A model generated the notes under the pieces. It made no database searches. It saw nothing but the letters and a program-made list of their open reading frames with translations, and was not told the DNA's origin. A stretch of 64,000 nucleotides of DNA from assembly GCF_009914755.1 (NCBI RefSeq), contig NC_060926.1, one strand, 5' to 3'. This DNA comes from the human T2T-CHM13v2.0 reference genome, Homo sapiens. A program made the position numbers and the translations under genes. Shown here in pieces: positions 28,881-42,308 of the stretch (the first letter of the stretch is position 1; every line of letters begins with the position of its first letter).

Positions 28881-29820
28881 ACATACCACTTCTTCCTGTT
28901 CACCAGGTACCTCTGTCTTTCCACCTGTGTCCCCAGCCAGGCTGTGCCATTGCAGGTCAATCTGCCACAGCTGGTGCCACATATACCCAAATGTCCACCA
29001 AGACAGGACTCATCACCACAGGCTATAGCCAGAGACAGGAAACCCCCTCAAAAATATTTCATTGTTCCCTTAACACCTACAGCTGAAGCTACACAGCCCT
29101 TCATATTCCTGGGAAGGAATCCTTTAATTTTTTTTCTTTTATAGAATTTTCTTTCTGATTATAAAAGTGATACATATTAATTGTGGGAAATTTGGAAAAT
29201 TCAGAACTGTGTTTAAAAGAAAGTTTCAATAACCCACATTCTTACCACCTAAAAGGAATGACTCAAAATTTTGTTATAGTTCCTTCTGGTATTGTTTTAA
29301 ACCAGAATCATTTGGTTGATGCAAAGTCATATCCTGTGCTATTTTTTAACTTAACATTATATTATAAGCATTTTCCCATATCACAGAACATTCTAGGGAT
29401 TTATGGTTTTTAATGACTGCATAGAATTACAATGTATAGATATACCATAATTTGTTTAACCAATCTCTATTTTTGGACATGTAGGTTGTTTCCAAGTCTT
29501 TGCTGTTACAAATAATGCTGCAACAAATATTCATGTACATTAATCTTTGTCCATGACTCTGATTAATTCTACAGCTCATAAATTGCTGTTTGCATTTCAA
29601 TTCATTTCTCTAAATCCCTAAGTTTCTTTTTTAAAAATGTAATCACTAAGACATGCATAGAATTGAAAAGTTACAAAAGATTAGGTAGTAAAAAGCACAT
29701 CCTTCTCCCTCCAGGGTCCCCGGTCCTCCAAGTCAATTTCTTCAGAGGCAATAATGGTTACCCATTCTGGGGTATTCTTGCAGAACCCTTCTATGCATAT
29801 ATAATTATAGATGTAAAGGT

Positions 29821-30136
29821 CAGATGTTCTCAAAGTGTGTTCCATGGACCCCTGGGGTCCTCAGGACCCTTTGAGGGAGTCTATAAGATCAAAGCTACTT
29901 TTATTATAATACCAAAGCACTATTCACCTGCTTCACTTTTATCCTAACAGAGGTATATGGTGGAGTTTTCCAAAGGCTATATGATATGTGATGACATCAT
30001 CACGTTGACAGCTAATGGAATGTGTGCTTGTGTATTCTTAGGTTTTCTAGAATTTTCTAAGATAATCTCTTTAGAGTTCTTGATAATTTTTAAGAGTATA
30101 AAGGCTTCCTGACACCAAAATGTTTAAGATCTGTTG
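29821..30136 (+). mobile_element. hAT-Charlie MITE (Charlie4/MER80-like)
   Basis: cagatgttctcaaagtgtgttccatggacccctggggtcc...caccaaaatgtttaagatctgttg; termini resemble Charlie TIRs. Confidence 0.55.
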
Positions 30137-31983
30137 GTATAGATTTTAAAACACACATACATGTACATAAAAATGGTTGTATGCTATATGTATTCTGTGG
30201 CTTTTTAAAAATATATGGCAATAAATCTTTGAGATTACTTCATCTCAACAGCTATAAAACGGTCTTCATGTTTTTAATTGACTATTTTGTTCTATTTTAT
30301 GGTTGTTCCACATGTATTTAACCAGCTTCTATTAATAGAATTTAATGTTTTAAAATATATCTTCGCTGCATTATTACTATTACATAACAATATATGTTGC
30401 ACAGAATAACCTTATGTGCCCTTCATTTTGTAAAAATGCAAGAATATTTCTATAGTAAATTCTCAGTAGTGGAATTGCCGGCTCAAGGGGTATGCACATT
30501 TGAAATTGGTACTGTCAAATTGCTTTCCATAGAGAATATATCCATTTTTATACCCACAACAGTTGAGAGCAATTATTTTCTCACATCTTCACCATCACAG
30601 TATATCAGTTTTTTGATCATTAAAATCTGATAGTTAAAAATATGGTATCCCATTGTACTTTGAGCTCCATTTATTCCATTATGAGTAGATCAAGTATATT
30701 TTCCTATTTTAAAAAGTCACTTGTATCTTATTCTCTGGAAAGTGTCTGCTTATGTACTTTGCCGTTTGTCTTTTGATTTGTTGTTTTTTTCTTATCGATT
30801 ACTAGAATTTCTTTACATATAAGAAAATTAGCACATTTCTGTCTTTTGCCTTTTAATTGGTTTATCTTACCAGGCAAAATAAATTTTGCAACTATCAAAT
30901 TAATAATTTCTGTTATGGCATCTGGGTTATATGTAAGTTACGTGCGCAGACACACACACTCTCCCTCTCTTGTTTTACATTTATTCTATATTTTCCTCTA
31001 GTGATTTTATGGGATATTAAACTTTTTAGTCCATTTAAATTGTTTTCATACAGATTTAGACAAGAATCCAACTTTACTTTTTAAATTTTCTTTCTACATG
31101 GGACTGATTGTCCTAACACTATTTATTTAGTAAGAAGTATTTTTTCCCCACTGATAAGAAATTCTACCTTTATTATAAAATTATTTTTGCCTGTATTTGG
31201 GTCTTTTTCTGATTCCCCCATTTTGTTGCATGGATCGGTCTGTGTGTCCCTCCCTAGCTACACACCATTTACAATATTATAGCTTTGTAATAGGTAGAAA
31301 GTTGTTCCTTCCTTCCTATTATCCGTTCTTTTCAGCATTTAGTTAAATATTCTTGCTCCTTTATTTTGCCATATAAATTTTAGAACTGACTCAATTAGTT
31401 TAAAAAAATCCTATTGCTTTGAGATTACTTAAAATTTACAAATTAACATAGGACAATCTGCCATCTTTACAATGTTGAGCCTTTCTGTCCAAGAACACAG
31501 GAAGTACTTTTACAGTGTTCTTAAGTAGCATTTAATAATTTCTTCACATAGATCTTGCATATTTCTTGTAAAGTTTACTCCTATTGTTTCTTTTGCTATT
31601 ATAAATGGAATTTTTTTCCTTTCAAATATATTTTCTAACTGGTTATATTATATATTATATAATATTAGAATTATATATTATATAATATTGGGATGCTATT
31701 GATTTTGGTTATATAATGATATTGAATTGGTTATATAATATATAATTTTGGTTATATAATGCTATTGAATTGGCTACATATTATATAATACTGGAGTTAT
31801 ATATTATATAATATTGTAACGCTATTGATTTTCCTATATTCATTTTATATCTGGCCTTCTTACTGGATACACTTGCTTGTAACAGTTTTTCAGTTGGTCT
31901 TCTTGGATTTTTCAAGTATATATCATCTGAAAACAATGAAAATTGTGCTGCTTTCTTTCTGAGTTTTATACCTCCTTTCTTTC

Positions 31984-32390
31984 TGAAACCAGCTCAGTTT
32001 TCCCATAGAACTGATGTTTATAGCTTTTTTTGAGTAAACACAGATATTGACTTTCCTGTTCTTGAAGCTTGAGAAACTTATATTTGTCTTATCTGAGTTT
32101 CTTTCTCAGAAAACCAATCGTCAGAGCTCCCAGATAGTATCAAGGAGTGGAAACTTTCCAGACCCCTTGCCTGACCACCTGCTGCCTGTTGAACATCTTC
32201 TCTTCCTTCCCTACTGTATAAACCCCTAACTGTAGCCATGGAAAAAACTAATTTGAGCCTTGTCTCCCATCTCTCTGCAGACGTCACCCACAAGAAAGCT
32301 TTTCTTTTCTGACAATACCCACTGTCTCAGTGACTGGCTTTCTGTGCAGTGAGCAACTGACCTTCACCAAACCCTTGGCATTTGGCAACA
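31984..32390 (+). mobile_element. Solo LTR (LTR47-like, ERVL)
   Basis: TG...CA termini (tgaaaccagctcagttttcccatagaactgatgtttat ... ggcatttggcaaca) and TATA-like tgtataaaa; inserted in the old L1. Confidence 0.65.
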
Positions 32391-34612
32391 CTTCTCATCA
32401 AATTTCATTGGCTAGCTCCTCCAAAATAAAGCCAAATCACAGTAAGGATGTGTAGAATCTTGTGTTGTTCCTGACTCTACGGGAATGGTTCTAATATCTC
32501 ACAGTATGCCTAATGCTAGAATTGCCTTGAAAAAGATATCTTTTTATTGAATTATGACTCTTACTTTTCTAAACTCTATGCTCCCATCAAAAATTCAGAT
32601 TCCCCAATCAATCATTGTGGCCCCCCATCTTGCACCTATCGGGTGACATGTGATATGTGTACATATCTCAAACTGGAGGAATGAATTTATCGTCTAGAAT
32701 TAGATGGTAAACTCTCCTGGGGACCAAAATAAGGTATTTTTAAACATTTTCCTCTAAAAGGGATTACCAAAACGTAGGCACCACATGCATTTCAGCTTAG
32801 GGCTGCTGAGTAAAAATTTACTACTGGGGCCTAATTTTCAGGGAACATTCAAGAAAGAAGACAGTGCCTGCAAAATCTTTCAACTCAAATCTATTCATAT
32901 ACTATTGCTCTATCTGAGCTGTCTTTCTTTCCTAAGCCCCCATAGTCTTTGCCTGTCTCTAACTCACAAAGCATGCTGAGCCCCAGTCACAAAATCATTT
33001 CAGACACACTCTCTATCCTCACCCACACCTGCTAATGCTGACCTTGTGAAGACTGCGAAACCACATGTCACAGTTTCCCAACATACAGAATAGCCAGGAA
33101 TGCTTACTAAAACTTTAGAATCCCAGGCTCCCCAAGACCTGGTGAAGCTTATGTATACCATGATTTGAGAAGCATAGCCTTACAGTTTCATCAGTGCTGC
33201 AGGAAGTGCTAAAGGTCCTACAAGGTCCAACTCTTCATCCTCAACTCTTCTGACGAGAAGTTAAATTATCAGGCTCTTTCTAGAACTATTAGGTATGCTA
33301 TGACCCCCACCCAGACAGGACAAATGCTATTTCTAAACTACTCGGCTTAGAATCTCCAAGGATGCACATGCATTTCTGGGAAGGTGGAGACACACCCAAA
33401 CCATCCGTGGGTAGATTCCAGTGGATACTCTGAACAAAGTGGATCAGACATGTCTGTCAAACCCAGAAAAACCTAGAACTAGGAGGCTTTGTTAGAGAAA
33501 TCATCCTTTACTGGAATGGGCCATGGGAGCCTATGACAGCAAGATCTTTCCAGCCATAGACAACATGTGCCCAAGGCTGGTTCTGTACATCCCTATCCAT
33601 GGAGTAGCCCTGCCTCTGATTCCACAGTGTCTCAGATGTCTGCACTTGCTCCTAAACTGCCTCAGGTATTAGGGCTATTAGGAGCCGTGATGGCATCTGC
33701 CACACCCCTGGTTACACTAGCCACTGGCTTGCTAGCTGGCATTTTCGTGGGAGATGGTTTGGTTGCCTCGTACCCATCTCTGCCCTCTTTCTACTTCCTC
33801 CTTTTCTCCATAGCCTGATGATGTTGAGCAGGTCTCACCTGCAAGCCCGAGTTACGGCCACTGGTAAGAACAAGCATCCCTGGCGATGAACAATCATATT
33901 TACAAACTGTCTACTGCTCACACGCACAGTCAGGACCACTTCGAATGGTGGCCTTAGGATGCTGAGGAGATCCACCGGCAGCCCCCCGTGGTTGGAGTCA
34001 AGGGTGGTGTGAAGTGGCAGAACTGCTGAACTGCTTTTAAATTGGTCTTTAAGCAAACGAGAAAAGCAGCTCAGCCCATTAAGAAACCCTCACTCAGAAG
34101 CTGTCCCACTGCCATGCCTCCCGGGGTGTTTGGGGACTAGGCTAATGAACCACCAGCACCGCAGCTAGTTACTTCCCTGAAAGTCACACCACATCAAGGC
34201 GAGTTTGCCGAGAAACGAATGCACTCCTGGCCCATCAAGGGAGCCTATCTGGTGAGTTTAGCTTCTGTCTCCAGCAGCACCACATAATGAACGAGGCTCC
34301 TTTGAGGGAAGTGAAGCATTTTTCCAGTCTGACTCTCTGCCTTCTTTATAGATTTTCAAAGCCTGGTGAAGGCAAGAGGTCTCCCTTTCTTTCAGGGAAG
34401 ACAGTAGACTTTCATCTTGACTCAGGACCACAGGCTACACAGTCACAACTTAAACTCAGCAATCCGGGTTCTTAAATTTTGTCACTCATAAACTAAAAAT
34501 TGCTCATTATTAGAGTTTGTGGAAGAGTCTAACTCGGTATTCACTGAAAAGTGAGGATATCTTTCAAACCCCGCTGTGTTTCCCAGCTCCTACTGTGTGT
34601 GCAATGCTTTAC

Positions 34613-34972
34613 AGGTAGGTGTACTCCAACACTTTGAGGAAGTCAGTTTCCTCCATCACTGGGTCTGTGGTGCTATCATGAGTAGCACTCACAATGCAAG
34701 TAATACTTCATGCGATTTCTTACTAGATCAAGTTTACCACAATTATTGTTAACTGGTGAGGTTTTCAAGAGCGGCTATTTTTGCTTTTTGTAAAATATAA
34801 ATCACCGTTCATCTAGCTTTATTATAATCAATTTAGAGTATTATCACTTATTTGCTTAACTATGATGTACAGTGATCTATAGTTGCATCAAAAGTAGTTC
34901 GGGCCTATAATTTTCCAATAATTAAAGTTTAATATTTATCATCTATATCCCTGTGCTAATTTGCTTTGTATA
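34613..34972 (+). repeat. Source copy of a ~355 bp local direct duplication
   Basis: Aligns by eye to 37016-37367 with about 18 substitutions and 3 indels. Confidence 0.95.
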
Positions 34973-35700
34973 CAGACACCTAAATGACACACTTATGTGC
35001 TGCCTGTGAATTTGTGCCATTTGAATCACTTGAGCCTTCTAACAAAGAAAGTATAATAAAAATCAGAGTTATCTTAAAATCACAAGGCATTGTTTTAGCA
35101 TATATAGACTCTTGTATGTGTTCATTTTCTTTTTTTTACAATACAAATAATATGCAATATGTATTTCTTTATAGCAACAAATTTAACATAATTGATTTTG
35201 TCCTTCAATTATATTTTGTCTCCCCCCAACTCCCATCAGTCACTGACAGAGGTAATTGATGGGTCAGGGAGGTTTCTGTTTCACTCAAGTAGACTATGAT
35301 CAAAAAAAAAAAAATAATTTAAGAAATTATAGGGGTTGAGGGGGCAATGATGGAGAGGCCATTGGTAAGGGATCCAAGTCCCCCAACCACTTCATTGAAG
35401 CACTGCAGCTCGCCTGTAATCTGGGTACACACTGAGTTTCTATGTTTGTAGAAAGAATCCTACTGCCAAAAAGTGTTTGAAATCGCAGCACTACACTTTT
35501 CTATTTATTCAAAATACTATAACCTTCTAAAACAATGCTAGAAAAATCCAGAAAGATGGCCCCGTTAGTTGAGGAGAAAAGGTTGAAAAGAAAAGGAAAA
35601 AGAAAAGGTAGAACCAGGCACAGAAAGATAAGATTTAATCATCTCAATTTACCCTAGCAAAGCACCCAGCTGGGTGGATATCAGGAGGGGTGGGATGGGG

Positions 35701-35744
35701 ATGATGGGAGATGACGGGGGATGATGGGAGATGACGGGGGATGA
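35701..35744 (+). repeat. 20-bp tandem repeat x2.2 (atgatgggagatgacggggg)
   Basis: Direct reading. Confidence 0.9.
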
Positions 35745-36068
35745 ATGAGAGAAGATCCTGGACCTTTTGGTTCAGGAAAACAAAGACAGATGTTCAAAAC
35801 TGACTATGATACAGGGAAAAAAAAAAAAAAAAGAAATGCAAATAGCATTGCCAAGGGGGTGAATTGTCCCAAGGAGAAGGGATCACTTTGATTATGAGCT
35901 GCTTAGGAAGGATACTTCTCCCTGAACACTGGGTTGACATAATTTATTCAGTTGTGAATTTATTTAGCAGAAATTTGCCACTGAGAAGGCACTGGGCAAA
36001 GCCAAGCAAAAGATTCCAAGAACCAGGGATTCCCTTGTTTCTTTGACATTAAGGAAAGTAATCTAAGA

Positions 36069-36250
36069 CAATGTTTTTCAAACTTGAATGTGCATACAAT
36101 TCACCTGAGAAGGGAGGGCAGGGGGAAGGGGGAGGGTCCTGTTAAAAAAAGATTCCTATTCAGAAGGTCTGGGGCTAGCCTGAAATTCTGCATTTCTAAT
36201 CAGCTTTCAGGTGATGCCAGTACTGCTGGTCAGACACTTTGAGCAGTATG
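36069..36250. mobile_element. MER5A-like hAT-Charlie MITE
   Basis: caatgtttttcaaacttgaatgtgcatacaattcacctg...ctgcatttctaatcagctttcaggtgatgcc...cactttgagcag. Confidence 0.75.
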
Positions 36251-36510
36251 GATCTAATGAACTCATGCCTCACTCAAGTGTTAGAGACACATCATAAGGA
36301 AGTAACTACGGTGACAAATACTGCTACTTGCCTACCCAATATCCATTCTCTTATTTCACAATGAGAATCCCAGTTTTGTTTGGCAGGGCAATATGCTCAG
36401 CTAGAACCATTCAATTTTTCAATATAGTATCAATTGTAGTTGGGGTGGGGGAGTATTGTGAAATAATTCTGGCAAAAGAAGTATAGGCAGAACTTCTTGG
36501 AGAAGGCATC

Positions 36511-37529
36511 TGTGATGGTTGGTACTGAGTGTCAACTTGATTGGATGAAAGATTCAAAGAATGAATCCTGGGTGTGTCTATGAGGGTGTTGCCAAAAGAG
36601 ATTTAACATTTGAGTCAGTGGGCTGGGGAAGGCAGATCCACCCTTAATCTGGTGGGCACAATCTAATCAGCTGCCAGCGAATATAAAGCAGGCAGAAAAA
36701 CGTGGAAAGGAGAGATGGGCCTAGCCTCCCAGCCTACATCTTTCTCCCGTCCTGGATGCTTCTGCCTTCGAACATCAGACTCCAAGTTCTTCAGTTTTGG
36801 GACTCAGACTGGCTCTCCTCACTCCTCAGCTTTCAAATAGCCTATTTTTGGACCTTGTGATTGTGTATGTTAATACTTAACAAACTCCTCTCTCTCTCTA
36901 TATATATATATACACACACACTTACGTACATATAAACATATACATATGTACATATATGTACATATATACATATACTCATATACGTATATGTGTATATATG
37001 TACATATATTCTGCTAGGTAGGTGTATTCCAACACTTTGAGGAAGTCAGTTTCCTCCATCACTGGGTCTGCAGTGCTATCATGAGTTGCACTCAAAATGC
37101 AAATAATACTTCATGCGATTTCTTACTAGAACAACTTTACCACAATTATTGTTAACTGGTGAGGTTTTCAAGAGCTGCTATTTTTGCTTTTTGTAAAATA
37201 TAATCACTGTTCATCTAGCCTTCTTATTATCAATTTAGAGTATTATCAGTTATTTGGTTAACCCTATGATATGCAGTGATCTATAGTTGCATCAAAAGTA
37301 GTTTGGGCCTATAATTTTCCAATAATTAAAGTTTAATATTTATACCTGTGCTAATTTGCTTTGTATAAGGACATATACATATACGTACATACATATATGT
37401 ACGTATATGTACATATATACACATATGTACATATATACACATATATGTATATGATGAATACATATATGTATTTATTATATATACATATCCTATTAATTCT
37501 GTTCCTCTAAAAGAACCCTGAATAATACA
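36511..37529 (+). mobile_element. MLT2A-type (ERVL) solo LTR with expanded internal microsatellite and inserted duplication
   Basis: Starts tgtgatggttggtactgagtgtcaacttgattgg and ends gaaccctgaataataca. 5-bp TSD gcatc (36506-36510) / gtatc (37530-37534). Confidence 0.88.
37016..37367 (+). repeat. Derived copy of 34613-34972, embedded in the TA-rich microsatellite of an MLT2 LTR
   Basis: aggtaggtgta(t/c)tccaacactttgaggaagtcagtttcc...ctgtgctaatttgctttgtata; flanked on both sides by (TA/CA/TATG)n. Confidence 0.95.
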
Positions 37530-37754
37530 GTATCCCTTCCTGTTTAAAGGGCAAAATCTTTGGCAGAGGTTTTGGCTTTTGTCTTGGCTTTTGGTGTTTT
37601 CTCCCCTTTTTCCTGCCTCAAATACCGACTAATACCTGGAGGGGCAGCAGCAGCTCTCTGGCCATAACACTGAAAACTAAACTCAAGAAGGTGGTGCTGG
37701 AAGCAACACCCTGGGTCCTTCAAGTCTCATGGATTGTCCTTACCTGCACCCCCA

Positions 37755-38200
37755 GTTTGGGTTTCTCCAAAAGCAGCCCTGAGAGGAGAATTCAGCTGCA
37801 AGTAGTTTATTTGGGAGTGATTTCAGGAAACACCGGTGGAGGGATGGGAAGTGACACAGGGAAGCAAAGGGAGCCAGTAGCAGTGTGTCGCCAAGCCAAT
37901 GGCACAGTGGGAACCTGGAGCTTAATCCCTGGGGAAGTCTGGGAGACAGTGTAGAACAATGCCAGGATTATCTAACCAAGGGGAGAAGAGGCTGGGGTAT
38001 GTATCCACTCAATCCCACCTGTCCTTGGAAGAGGGCTGCTTCTGTAGGGCTTTAATTCTTCAGTACTCTGGCTTGCCCAGCACACAGGCCAAGCATGCTC
38101 CCCTACCCCAAAACAACCCTATGACTGTGATTGGGGGTATTTGCAGTAGCAATAAGAACCTTATTGACAGGTATGGGTGGGATACTAACAGCATCTGCTA
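37755..38200 (-). mobile_element. LTR16-family (ERVL) LTR
   Basis: gcagccctgagaggagaattcagctgcaagtagtttatttgggagtgatttcaggaaacac...gtgacacagggaag resembles the LTR16 reverse strand. Confidence 0.55.
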
Positions 38201-39240
38201 TACCTGAGGAAATTCAATCTAGCCTCTGTTATTCTAGTCAGACACAATTCTAGCTGATAGCCACTCCAGGAGTATTATTTTAAAAGATATTCTCACCCAT
38301 ATTGCACTAAGAGGCCAATGCTTAACACTAAGCTGTATATCTGTAATGCAGAATCCAAGGCAATATCTTTAGATTTAGGAAGGCTTTTCTAGCAAACTTT
38401 TAAAAGACACTGTATAAGCAACCACCTACTCTGCCAATGGGAGCAGCCAGCAGACCTCTCTACAATGTGGGGATTTTGATATAACACCCAGAGCTTATAA
38501 ATATGTTACTTATTTTCTTAGTTCTTGGGCAAATCAAAGAGACTTTCAATGAGTTCAGGAAAAAGCATTCTCTAGGTAGGGAAAACTCCCATCCTTCTAA
38601 ATGATTAACATCCTTATGAATGACCTAGAAGATGAAAGAAGAAGAAAGTTACTCACGAGGCCACATGGTACCAAGCTGAGGCAAGGTGGAATGTGAATAA
38701 AGATTAAAAGAATGAGTTTCATAAAGTTCTTGAATGTGGAAACTGGAAGAGAGAACACTGACATCATCTTTTCTTCTTGTCTGAGCCCTTTGGCTGACCT
38801 TGAGGGGAACGGAAGCAGTGTAGAGAAGTAAGGAGCCAGAGACTCCCTCTGCTCCGCACAGAGCCTGGATTCAGGGCTGGCTGCAGCCAAGGGAACACAG
38901 ACTGGAGATTAAGCAGGCCTAAAGTTTCCAAAGTCAGCGATTTCAAAGAAAAACGCAGCAAAAAAAAAAAAAAAAAAAAAAAAACAGCTGTCACTGAGGG
39001 GCAGAGAACAGCAAACTCCTCTCATCTGACCCACAGAATGAGCTTCGGGGAGGCAGGGCCAGAGAACCACCCAGACAAAACAAACAAAACAATAAGCCCA
39101 GCAACATGGAGGGAAAGGTAAGCAGCTTTCTTTCTGAAAATTTTTGGGAACTTTTTGCAGTCTTAAATATTTCCAAATCAGGTTTCAATATGGCCAAAGG
39201 GCATGCAATTAAGCAAATGCTTTTTCTACATAAGAGTAAA

Positions 39241-39247
39241 TGTTTGT

Positions 39248-39289
<42 letters not shown>
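39241..39289 (+). repeat. (TG)n microsatellite
   Basis: Direct reading. Confidence 0.95.
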
Positions 39290-39291
<2 letters not shown>

Positions 39292-39765
39292 TGGCAGGGG
39301 GAGGGGTGGTGGGGGGTTGAGGGGTTGGGGGGGTGGGAGGGTGGGTACAAATTCCAATGATGGGATTGTCCTTCTCAAATTTCTGATGCAATTGCCCTGA
39401 AGTAATCTTCATCAGTTCTTTTTTAGGTGCTTGTAGGCCTGTTGCCTTTATGAGTTTCAATTTCTTTCTCTATAACATGAGATATACCCACCCTTTCTAC
39501 AACTTGGGTTGTTGCTAATGTCAAAGCAGAAAGGGTATCATAGATGAGCAATGGCTTATAAACTAGAAATAAATGTAAAACATTATGATTACTAACATTA
39601 CCATTGACCCCTTAACATGTCTGGGTTCGTTGTTTATAAAATATTATTGTTTATGCATTTGTTTGACCTTGAATAATACAATGTGATTCTGAAGATTCTG
39701 TGTGGTAGTATGGATGGAGACTTAGCATAGGACCTAGCACATAATTATGTTCTGACTATTGTTAT

Positions 39766-40230
39766 TATCATCACCAACATCATCACCATCATCATCACCA
39801 TCACCATCGTCCTCACCATCATCACCATCATCATCACAATCATTATCACCACTATCACCATCACCATCATCACCATCATCACCATCGTCATCACCATCAT
39901 CACCATCATCACCAACGTCATCACCAACGTCATCACCATCATCACCAACGTCATCACCATCATCACCATCATCATCACAATCAATATCACCACTATCACC
40001 ATCACCATCATCACCATCATAACCATCACAATCACTATCACCACTATCACCATCATCACCATTATCGCCATCATCATCATCATCATCGCCATCATCATCA
40101 CCATCATCATCACTATCACAATCACTATCACCACTACCACCATCATCACTATCATCACTATCATCATCATCACCATCATCACAATCACTATCACCACTAT
40201 CACTGTCATCACCACTATTGTCATTGTCAT
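39766..40230 (+). repeat. ~465 bp degenerate (CAT/CAC)n trinucleotide array
   Basis: Uninterrupted 3-bp periodicity of CAT/CAC/CAA/TAT/CGT units. Confidence 0.97.
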
Positions 40231-41637
40231 CCTGTGTGGTTCACTTTATATTATAAAGGTCCCCAAATCAATGAATATTCTCTTTTGATTCACGGGCATT
40301 TGGCTACTTGTGTTTCCTTTTTAAGCCAATCTCTAAGTCACCAAGCAGCCTTAGAAAATTGAGTAGTAAGACTTTCTCTGATACCCTAGGAGGCTTTTCT
40401 TCTCCAAAAGATGAGTAATGAATGAATTTGAGATTACTTTGAAAGCCAAATAATGTTCCCTGCCTATTGTTATTGCTTTTGCTTAATTTTCATTTGTGTT
40501 GACAGCACTCACCCGAGTGTTGTCACCAACAAGCCTGGGGAAATATAGCTCCTGAACATTTTCAACCAAACAGTCACGAAGCAAATTTTCCATTAGCCTT
40601 GGGGACATTCAAAGGTAGTTTACCACTTGTGGATGACAAATCAGGTGCATCCCACCCATCTCTCTTCCGAAGACTCATAGCACCACAGGATGTGAATGCT
40701 CGAAAAGCTCTTAGCAATCTAGTCAACCTTTCATTTCTCATATAGGAAAAATGGGACACAGAAAAATAAAGGACATGTATAAAAACATACAGATAATGAG
40801 CGGTGGGAACAGGACCAGAACCCATGGCTGCTTAATTTTCATCCCAGTATTCTTTCCGCTACCCAGTGCCACCTCTTCTTGAAGTCAGATGACACCATCA
40901 GAGCCTCGGCAGGGAATAGGGGAAAGGCAGTTCATGCAGGTGAGAGAAGCCAGGAGCAGCTGGAAATTAGCTGGCTGGAGTGAAGATGAAACAAATTTGG
41001 AAACAAGCACCCGAACTAGATAGAGGTAGGCAGGAAACAAGGCAAGAATGGAGCAAACATATCCAAGAAGCAGGCAAAAATGGATGGGAGCCCAAACCCA
41101 GCCAGCAGTGACACCTAGCCAAGCTGCCTAGTGGCAACTGTCTGGGAGCCAGACTCACAGGACTCATGACATTACTGGCTCCTCCTTCTCCAGGAGTCCA
41201 GCCCTGACCTGGAGTGACCAGGGCTAAGGACTGGATCTATCATTCGGAGACATAAAGGGCTGGCTTTGATTTCTGATGTTATTATGGTGCTGGTTGTTCC
41301 TATCTCACCATTCTAAGGGGTCTCATCTGATGAAAGCGTAGGGCAAGAGTGGAAACCACAAGCTGGGAGTGAGAATTCTCAAAGTCTTGAGTATAAAAGC
41401 CAGGAAAAATAGAGCAGGAATTTCCCCCCAAGCCCTAACAGTGAGAACATTCACAAAGGACTGAATTTCCTCAAGAGCTAATGATTAGGGGAAACAAAAG
41501 AAACAGATCCTTAATGAAAAGTCATTTTCATTTGTTTGTCCCATAACTTATGCATGCTTTAAAAAACAAATCATAAAAATCAAACTCTTTGCTTCTGAGC
41601 CAAATATACAAATTGTGTGGACGACTAGGTTTCCTAC

Positions 41638-42308
<671 letters not shown>

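Larger units (their letters stand above)
29130..32540 (-). mobile_element. Old L1 (L1ME/L1M-type) 3' fragments, interrupted by a Charlie MITE and an LTR
   Basis: T-rich plus strand with antisense-L1 motifs (ggacatgtaggttgtttccaagtctttgctgttacaaataatgctgc; catctttacaatgttgagcc; gctattgatttt). Confidence 0.7.

Noticed and set aside
34480-35314. AT-rich stretch ending in an A-run as a processed pseudogene 3'UTR
   Set aside because: No upstream coding remnant, no poly(A) signal at the right distance, and no TSD identified.
39384-39392. TGATGCAAT C/EBP-ATF composite motif (similar 8-mer at 48924)
   Set aside because: Isolated 8-9-mers are expected by chance in 64 kb and have no supporting context.
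39745-40230. 161-aa hydrophobic Met/Val/Ile ORF as a membrane protein
   Set aside because: It is a translation of a trinucleotide repeat, with no promoter or splice context.
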